The notes beneath the pieces were generated by a model that was given only the letters and a program-made list of their open reading frames with translations, had not been told where the DNA came from and did no database searches. The translations under genes were made by a program, and so were the position numbers. From IMG/VR virus record IMGVR_UViG_2974626280_000001, positions 1 through 64,000 of that record: a stretch of DNA of 64,000 nucleotides, one strand, 5' to 3'. Below, in pieces: positions 1 to 5,700 of the stretch. This DNA is from a virus. Lineage: Duplodnaviria > Caudoviricetes. How positions within the stretch are numbered: position 1 is the first letter of the stretch; every line of letters begins with the position of its first letter.

Positions 1-180
1 ACTTAAAAAAAATACAGTGAATTTATTTTTAGACTACCTTCTACATAATCGAAATTTGTAGTTATTTAGGTTACTACGGTTATTTAAATACAGAACAGGT
101 ACTTAGAGAATATCCGAAAAATAACCAGCGGCTAAATTCCGGTTATTATCCTTTGCGGCAATCACCTCTAGGTTATTTTC
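1..180. repeat. AT-rich non-coding element with GGTTAT/ATAACC boxes; diverged copy of 17785-17935
   Basis: GGTTA(T/C) or ATAACC boxes at 69, 78, 121, 141 and 171. ACTTAGAGAATATCCGAAAAATAAC (101-125) matches ACTTACAGAATATCCGAAAAAATAAC (17906-17931). Confidence 0.75.
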
Positions 181-286
181 GAAGTACACTAGCGATGCGC
201 ATCCAGTACACGCTTCACCTCGTTCACCACCCATCTACCCGCTCTGAGCAGTGTCCACCAGCTTGCATTTATACACCACAACGGTG

Positions 287-316
287 TTGACGCATCCACC
301 AGCAGCGGCGTATAAT
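287..316 (+). promoter_or_regulatory. Sigma70-like promoter upstream of putative terS
   Basis: TTGACG-N18-TATAAT. Confidence 0.75.
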
Positions 317-356
317 TACACCAGGCATCTTTAACCATTCACACAGGCGATTTCTC

Positions 357-839
357 ATGAGTGCATCAGGAATTCTTTTACCAGAAGATTTTGAAGACTA
401 TAACTTTGCGCTCAATAACAAAGAGCACTTTGACAAATACATTGATATGATCATTAAGGGCTACGACGAGACAACCGCACTACGTGTAGTCTTCGGCGAA
501 GAGGCTTGTTCAGACGGAGGCTTCTGGGCGCGCATTTATGCTATTCGCCGGAATCGGTACTACAATCAGCAGTACCAACTTGCACTACAGAATATCAAAC
601 TGGAAGAGCTTTGGAATCCTCGCTTAGCCATTACGATGCTGCTCTTAATCGCACGCTCCAGTGAGAAACATTCTGCGCGTATTAACGCAATCAAAGAATT
701 GAATATCATGACAGGTATTACAGTGATGGACGAGGCTGGTAACACAAAACAGGGCCGGAGCATGGAAGATTTCTACGCGAAAATCCAGGAATCAGCCGAT
801 TCGCACTACCCACCAGCAAACGGCACTACCAAGCACTAA
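357..839 (+). CDS. terS: Putative terminase small subunit
   Basis: 160 aa. The helical SARINAIKELNIMTG segment resembles TerS oligomerisation motifs, and no other TerS candidate is present in the window. Motif recognition only. Confidence 0.55.
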   Translation: MSASGILLPEDFEDYNFALNNKEHFDKYIDMIIKGYDETTALRVVFGEEACSDGGFWARIYAIRRNRYYNQQYQLALQNIKLEELWNPRLAITMLLLIARSSEKHSARINAIKELNIMTGITVMDEAGNTKQGRSMEDFYAKIQESADSHYPPANGTTKH

Positions 840-856
840 AATTACACAAGCTTTCA

Positions 857-896
857 GGGGTAGGCGCGGCGAATCCATACTAAGCTGCCCTACCCC
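857..896. terminator. Hairpin between convergent genes
   Basis: GGGGTAGG...CCTACCCC inverted repeat just after the terS stop. Confidence 0.45.
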
Positions 897-937
897 ACCA
901 GTTTCGCACTACAACCCACGAGAATGCCACCTATTGG

Positions 938-1225
938 TTATAGTACATAACGACGAATCCACACTATACCTTTCGCACTAAGGTTAAACTCTTCCACACT
1001 AGCGTCATGCCCATTATCGAAGACAACCTGACCAGTGTCCCTGCGTAACCGCCAGCAGAAGTCCATAGTGACCAGATTCGCACTATTAAGCGCAGAGCCT
1101 TTCAGCCAGCCATAGTCGCAACCCGTACTATCCGCATAAAGCTCTAACCGTCCACCAGCGTTATCGGGTTGCACTAGGACTGGCTCATTAGCCACCAGCG
1201 CGGCCACCAGCAATAGACTCTTCAT
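938..1225 (-). CDS. Hypothetical exported protein
   Basis: 95 aa, hydrophobic N-terminus MKSLLLVAALVA, one Cys pair. Confidence 0.65.
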   Translation of the reverse strand: MKSLLLVAALVANEPVLVQPDNAGGRLELYADSTGCDYGWLKGSALNSANLVTMDFCWRLRRDTGQVVFDNGHDASVEEFNLSAKGIVWIRRYVL

Positions 1226-1431
1226 CCGACAATCCGCACTATACCGCCTCGACGGGCAATCCGGTCAAAGAACGAATCGCGGAAGCTGAAGTCATCTTGC
1301 ACTACGACGACAGAGCGCTTAATCTGCTCCGCTACAACGTCCAGCTTTTGCACTACAGGCTTATTCAGGTTCAGGCCACCAGCGGCCTCAACCATCATGC
1401 GCTCATAATCTGCACTATTAAGCTCTTTCAT
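1222..1431 (-). CDS. Hypothetical protein
   Basis: 69 aa; 4-bp ATGA overlap with the downstream gene. Confidence 0.65.
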   Translation of the reverse strand: MKELNSADYERMMVEAAGGLNLNKPVVQKLDVVAEQIKRSVVVVQDDFSFRDSFFDRIARRGGIVRIVG

Positions 1432-1480
1432 AATGTTCTCCAGATGTGAGAAAAGGCCGGATAACCCGGCCCGATTTGCA

Positions 1481-2017
1481 CTACACGATTTCGAAGCGGT
1501 ACGCGACGCCTACCCAATCGAACACCGCCACTTTCGCTTCCTTAAGCTTCATGCGGAACCGGATGTGCTTGCTGTCCGGCAGGTTAAGCGCGGTAAACGC
1601 AGCTCTAACCGATTTAAACTCTTCTTCCTTATCGCCCCATTTAACGATAACGCCGTTGCGGGTCATGCGGGCTTCAAACACCTTCTCATTGCCCCAGCTC
1701 GCCTTAATCCCTTCGGAGTTCGATTTCCGCTCGCTGGTCTTCTCTTCCACCAGCTCGCTTTTAACCTTCGCTTCAAATTCTTCGTCGGTCATCGCGTCGT
1801 AATCCGGCGCTGGCTCTTCGGCCTTAACCGGGCGCGGAGAGTGGACTACTACCGGGCGGACATTATCATCTTCCCAGGCCAGCGCGTTAACCAGCGCCGT
1901 TACGCGTTTTTCGGCGGTAGCGCGGTCAGCGAACTTCTTAACCGGTTTTTCGCTATGGAGGTTGTAAAACTCCACCAGCTCCTTCGTAGAAGCGGTTGCG
2001 ACGTCGATGGTGTTCAT
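1481..2017 (-). CDS. Early hypothetical protein (178 aa)
   Basis: ATG at 2017 follows GAGG and a consensus promoter, so the ORF-track start at 2050 is probably too long. Confidence 0.8.
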   Translation of the reverse strand: MNTIDVATASTKELVEFYNLHSEKPVKKFADRATAEKRVTALVNALAWEDDNVRPVVVHSPRPVKAEEPAPDYDAMTDEEFEAKVKSELVEEKTSERKSNSEGIKASWGNEKVFEARMTRNGVIVKWGDKEEEFKSVRAAFTALNLPDSKHIRFRMKLKEAKVAVFDWVGVAYRFEIV

Positions 2018-2048
2018 AGCTAAATCCTCATTTCGTTTCGATAAATAC

Positions 2049-2077
2049 ATTATAGGTGAACCGTGTATTAAAGTAAA
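2049..2077 (-). promoter_or_regulatory. Early promoter PE1
   Basis: GCTTTACT-N17-TATAATGT. Confidence 0.85.
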
Positions 2078-2151
2078 GCACTTTCTTAAAATATTTTCGA
2101 AAAGATGGAAAGTATTTTAAGAAGCCCGGTTATCGTTACCGGGCGGAACGG

Positions 2152-2352
2152 TTAGCCGAAGAGGATAGCCTCTAAGACTTCGGCGGCGTCTTCCTTCGAT
2201 GCATGTTTAGAATCGAGGTGCCATACATATTCGCCGTAATGGCGGGTATAGATATAGACCTTTCCTTCGTCTTCGGTTTTACGAACCATCTTACCCTGTA
2301 GGCTGGAGATAGGACGCTGGTACACTTCGTTAAGGTTAAGTTTTCGAGCCAT
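2152..2352 (-). CDS. Early hypothetical protein
   Basis: 66 aa with its own promoter, GAGG RBS and a downstream hairpin (2124-2144). Confidence 0.75.
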   Translation of the reverse strand: MARKLNLNEVYQRPISSLQGKMVRKTEDEGKVYIYTRHYGEYVWHLDSKHASKEDAAEVLEAILFG

Positions 2353-2385
2353 CTTTCTATACCTCGTTTTCGTTTCGATAAGTAC

Positions 2386-2413
2386 ATTATAGATGAGCGA
2401 CGAAAAAAGTAAA
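2386..2413 (-). promoter_or_regulatory. Early promoter PE2
   Basis: GCTTTACT-N16-TATAATGT. Confidence 0.8.
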
Positions 2414-2467
2414 GCATTTTTTCGACATTTTTATTTAAATTATTTTCGAAAAAATGAGAGATTTTTC

Positions 2468-2496
2468 TTTACTTCCATCTTAGCCTATCTTATAAT
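2468..2496 (+). promoter_or_regulatory. Early promoter PE3
   Basis: TTTACT-N17-TATAATGT. Confidence 0.85.
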
Positions 2497-2550
2497 GTAT
2501 CTCATAGGGCGACGGAATAGACCGAAGCCGAAACGAACGAGGATTTAAAG

Positions 2551-2835
2551 ATGGCTAAACTAACCGCTACCGAACTCGCTAACGCGTCCGCTTTCTTCGC
2601 TGGCGAGTACGTTCCTTACGCTTCCCTACTCGCCGCTAACGTGGGCGTTAAAATCGGCGAAGAAATCCCCGCCGAAGTAGTAGGAGATTTCGGTTTCGAC
2701 GACGAAGAAGGTGCGTATCTCGATACCGTCGACGGGCGCGAAATCCGGGTTATCGAAACCGAACTTTACGTAGCCGCCGAAGACGTAGCGACCGGAGAAG
2801 TTGCCTTCTTCGCCCTCGAAGAAATCGAAGAATAA
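2551..2835 (+). CDS. Very acidic early protein (candidate DNA mimic or anti-defence protein)
   Basis: 94 aa, 22 D/E versus 4 K/R; GAGG RBS and own promoter. Confidence 0.8.
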   Translation: MAKLTATELANASAFFAGEYVPYASLLAANVGVKIGEEIPAEVVGDFGFDDEEGAYLDTVDGREIRVIETELYVAAEDVATGEVAFFALEEIEE

Positions 2836-2873
2836 AAAGATGTAAATATTTCGGATAAAGTGAGAAATAAAGC

Positions 2874-2902
2874 TTTACTAGTCGGACACTTTATCCTATA
2901 AT
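2874..2902 (+). promoter_or_regulatory. Early promoter PE4
   Basis: GCTTTACT-N17-TATAATGT. Confidence 0.85.
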
Positions 2903-2960
2903 GTTTATATCGGAAGGGGAAATGAACCTCTTCTACCTAACCTAAAACGAGGACTTAAAA

Positions 2961-3227
2961 ATGACTAACATGACTAAAGAAATTATCGCTATCCTGATGG
3001 CTTCTAAAACTAACGAAGGTGTTGCGTTCTCCGAAATTACCGGCCATGTCCGCCTCGTCGTCGATAACACCGAAACGTCCGAAGTTGCGAGCCTCATCGT
3101 TACCGGCTTCGTTCCTAACCTCGACGACGATATGGACGACGAATTAGCTCCGGTATGGTTACATAAATATTCTTTCGGATGGATGCTCGGACTCGATAAC
3201 GGCGACCAGTACGCTATCCTTAACTAA
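2961..3227 (+). CDS. Acidic early hypothetical protein
   Basis: 88 aa with DDDMDDE tract; GAGG RBS. Confidence 0.8.
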   Translation: MTNMTKEIIAILMASKTNEGVAFSEITGHVRLVVDNTETSEVASLIVTGFVPNLDDDMDDELAPVWLHKYSFGWMLGLDNGDQYAILN

Positions 3228-3246
3228 AAATACACAGCCTTACATT

Positions 3247-3270
3247 AGCCTCGCTTATAGCGGGGCTTTC
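3247..3270 (+). terminator. Intrinsic terminator
   Basis: AGCCTCGC-TTATA-GCGGGGCT followed by TT. Confidence 0.6.
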
Positions 3271-3386
3271 GTCGTTCTATCCCCTTCCTCCGCTATACCC
3301 TCTCTTAGAAAGTGTTCCCTTGGTTAATGTTGTTATGTCGAATAATAACGCTCGTTAATTATATCTTCGCCGCGCTGTCGCGTCCG

Positions 3387-3592
3387 GTATAGTTAGGACG
3401 GAGATAGTTTGAGGGTTAATGGTATGGGAGCTAATTGTTACGGTCGGTGATGGTTAGCTGACGAATGATTATGCTGCGTATTGTATGTTGCGTAATTGTT
3501 AGGGCGCGAATGATTACGGTGCGTGATGGTTTGCTGACTAATCATTAGCCTTCTAATTACAAGCGAAATAATGGTTAGTGCGCTAATCATTG
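3387..3592. repeat. Non-coding tandem array, 14 units of 15-16 bp
   Basis: 9-bp cores (consensus TAATNRTTA) start at 3387, 3402, 3417, 3432, 3448, 3463, 3478, 3493, 3508, 3524, 3539, 3554, 3569 and 3584, separated by 6-7 bp mostly GC-rich linkers. Confidence 0.9.
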
Positions 3593-3683
3593 AGTGTGCC
3601 CTTGACCGCGATTTAGTACCTGGTCCAATTTCACAGTACACTAATCAGAATTCCATCACGTAGGCGCGGCCAAGAACAATCAA

Positions 3684-3890
3684 TCAAATACCCAGGAGCT
3701 GGCACACAGAATCAACGACGAAGCTGATGCCAATGAGGAACAAGAAGAAGGCGACGACGAGCGCAACAATCAGGAACAGGACATATATAACCCAGAACAG
3801 GAAATAGAGCACCGGGATAGCGATAATACAGGTGACGATAAGTATCACCACTAACCAAGCAATCTGCCGCAATGTTAAAGAACGTTTCAT
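3684..3890 (-). CDS. Small membrane protein
   Basis: 68 aa, almost entirely hydrophobic (2 TM). Confidence 0.7.
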   Translation of the reverse strand: MKRSLTLRQIAWLVVILIVTCIIAIPVLYFLFWVIYVLFLIVALVVAFFLFLIGISFVVDSVCQLLGI

Positions 3891-3983
3891 TTTATCTCCA
3901 AAGGGCGCTCGACTACCCGCACCCCATCATGGTTAAGTACCTAAGCGAAATTTAGCCCAGGATGAAATTCACGCGTACACTGG

Positions 3984-4238
3984 TCAACTACCAGGGAAGC
4001 CGCTGTCATTGCTGAACTGAGCGTAGTATATAATAAAAGCAACAATAAAAAGTAATCCAACAGAGAATAGGGACAATGCAAAAACGTTTGCCCAAAAGAG
4101 GCCATGGGCGACTTCTATGGAAAAATAGACCACCTTGATGCCAGTCCATATAGCCAAAAGTAGTGCTGCTGCGATTAAGATGATGACTGCCCAAGAGAAA
4201 ACTTTAAGAAGTACTGAGCCAAAAGATTTATTCTTCAT
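3984..4238 (-). CDS. Small membrane protein
   Basis: 84 aa, 2 predicted TM segments. Confidence 0.7.
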   Translation of the reverse strand: MKNKSFGSVLLKVFSWAVIILIAAALLLAIWTGIKVVYFSIEVAHGLFWANVFALSLFSVGLLFIVAFIIYYAQFSNDSGFPGS

Positions 4239-4433
4239 TTAATCCCCCATCGGTACGCATGCGGTGTTGACGATGATATCGTTGCCCCTGGTCGCAGACT
4301 TTTCCATAACTTTCGCGGCGGCTTCGCAGGTCGCTTTATCAACCATCTCAACCTTTTCCACCGCGATATGGGCGACGATAGTGTTGCTGAAACCAGTCGA
4401 CTGGTACAGCCAGAAAATCAAAAGGAATTTCAT
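4239..4433 (-). CDS. Small exported Cys-pair protein
   Basis: Start MKFLLIF after GGAG; CEAAA...C motif. Confidence 0.7.
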   Translation of the reverse strand: MKFLLIFWLYQSTGFSNTIVAHIAVEKVEMVDKATCEAAAKVMEKSATRGNDIIVNTACVPMGD

Positions 4434-4473
4434 TTTAACTCCAAAAAAGGGTGGTCGCCCACCCATACGTTAA

Positions 4474-4635
4474 TTATTTTTCAAAGCAAGAGGCTTTAAC
4501 CAGATAACCTGCCGCGTCCACCAGCGTTTCCTGTACGATAGGAATCGCAGCTTCACACTTCTCCTGAGACGTGAACTCAATCATTGGAGTTTCCATCTGA
4601 GGGTAGCTCATGTACACGAAAAGCATAATCCACAT
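4474..4635 (-). CDS. Small exported Cys-pair protein (53 aa, absent from ORF track), likely paralog of the previous gene
   Basis: Manual translation MWIMLFVYMSYPQMETPMIEFTSQEKCEAAIPIVQETLVDAAGYLVKASCFEK. Confidence 0.7.
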   Translation of the reverse strand: MWIMLFVYMSYPQMETPMIEFTSQEKCEAAIPIVQETLVDAAGYLVKASCFEK

Positions 4636-4644
4636 AATATCGCC

Positions 4645-4842
4645 TTAGCGGTATGAACCGCAGTTGCACTTCTTACGTTTAAGACCGCTGCCGCAAAGGC
4701 AGGGCTTGTTACGGTCGCCGCCACTAAGCGACGGCTTACGCTCTTTCGGCTCCGCGACCGGGACCATTTTACCCCGGCGACGTAGCGCGGCGGTCGCCAG
4801 CGCGATGGTCATCGCCAGCTCTGCTTCAAACTTATTGATCAT
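4645..4842 (-). CDS. SEC-C motif protein
   Basis: RNKPCLCGSGLKRKKCNCG matches the SecA C-terminal Zn-binding motif. Confidence 0.75.
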   Translation of the reverse strand: MINKFEAELAMTIALATAALRRRGKMVPVAEPKERKPSLSGGDRNKPCLCGSGLKRKKCNCGSYR

Positions 4843-5603
4843 GGGTGCACCGTTTTCATGGGGCCGCGCGACAATGCTTCTTCAGCAGCTTCGGCAAACG
4901 TGACCTTGCGACTGCCTGGAGACAAATCATTGATTCCCTGCGTATGACTTCCGGCAGACGGCAGCGTTTCTTCAGGCACGCTAAGCTCGTTTTCGATGTC
5001 GGTGATGATGCTTTCCAGTCGCTCGATATTGCAAGAGATATAGCCTGCGGTCGCGTCCAGGTCGGCAATCAGGCCTGATGCGCAATGCACGGCTGAGCCA
5101 TTCGTACCCATCTCCATGCCTTTTGCTGACGCGCCGCTGAGGAATGAAAGGTTGCTCTCCAGCGCGTTTTCGATTTGGTTTAACTGGGTCAAAACGCGAG
5201 TGTATTGCGACAGCACGCCGTCCAGGTTGAAAGCAACATCGTCGAATGAAAAATCAACGCCTGGACCTTCAAAAGACGGCTTATTTGACTTGGCCAACTC
5301 CGTCGCGCTTGACAGCTTGTTTCGTTGCCCGGTTAACGTCGAAAGCCGCTCGATGGCCTTGTTGATTTCGTCGAGATGCGTGAAGTGCAAGCGCAGGTCG
5401 CTGATGAGGCCCGACATCAGACCGCTGTAAGCGAGTTGCGCACGTTTCGGCGGCTGTTGCTCTTGCGGGCCAGCTTGGCTGAAAGGCTCATCTGCAATCA
5501 CGCCGCCCAGGTGCGCGTTGATCATATCGAGACGGTACAGAACCTGGGAGATTCGACCGACGTTATTTGAAAAACCGTTCTTTGCTAAAATCAGACTTGA
5601 CAT
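4839..5603 (-). CDS. Hypothetical helical/coiled-coil protein with internal duplication
   Basis: 254 aa; two similar halves (SGLISDL vs SGLIADL). Confidence 0.75.
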   Translation of the reverse strand: MSSLILAKNGFSNNVGRISQVLYRLDMINAHLGGVIADEPFSQAGPQEQQPPKRAQLAYSGLMSGLISDLRLHFTHLDEINKAIERLSTLTGQRNKLSSATELAKSNKPSFEGPGVDFSFDDVAFNLDGVLSQYTRVLTQLNQIENALESNLSFLSGASAKGMEMGTNGSAVHCASGLIADLDATAGYISCNIERLESIITDIENELSVPEETLPSAGSHTQGINDLSPGSRKVTFAEAAEEALSRGPMKTVHP

Positions 5604-5640
5604 TTCATCACCTGTTGGTTGGATTACCGTTTAAGATGAT

Positions 5641-5682
5641 ATAAAAATACCCGATTTGGCTTTTTAGTTCAAATCGGGTATT
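5641..5682 (-). terminator. Intrinsic terminator after depolymerase
   Basis: 13-bp perfect inverted repeat AATACCCGATTTG/CAAATCGGGTATT plus U-tract. Confidence 0.7.
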
Positions 5683-5700
5683 CGATGCTAACGATTAAAT

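Larger units (their letters stand above)
477..1483 (+). repeat. Dispersed co-oriented GCACTA boxes (14 copies)
   Basis: GCACTA at 477, 582, 803, 823, 833, 906, 975, 1080, 1171, 1236, 1299, 1350, 1412 and 1478. Confidence 0.85.
255..1979 (-). promoter_or_regulatory. Cluster of 9 Chi sites (GCTGGTGG on minus strand)
   Basis: Exact CCACCAGC on + strand at 255, 296, 810, 1152, 1192, 1204, 1376, 1747 and 1972. Confidence 0.9.

Noticed and set aside
1433-2023. Plus-strand ORFs of 196 and 118 aa
   Set aside because: They are antisense to a gene with a clear promoter and RBS; the stop-free frames reflect local codon bias.
3387-3592. Periodic array read as a CRISPR or mini-CRISPR
   Set aside because: The cores are 9 bp and degenerate, the linkers are 6-7 bp, and there are no cas genes. 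The overlapping 67-aa ORF 3438-3641 lacks a clear RBS and is treated as spurious.
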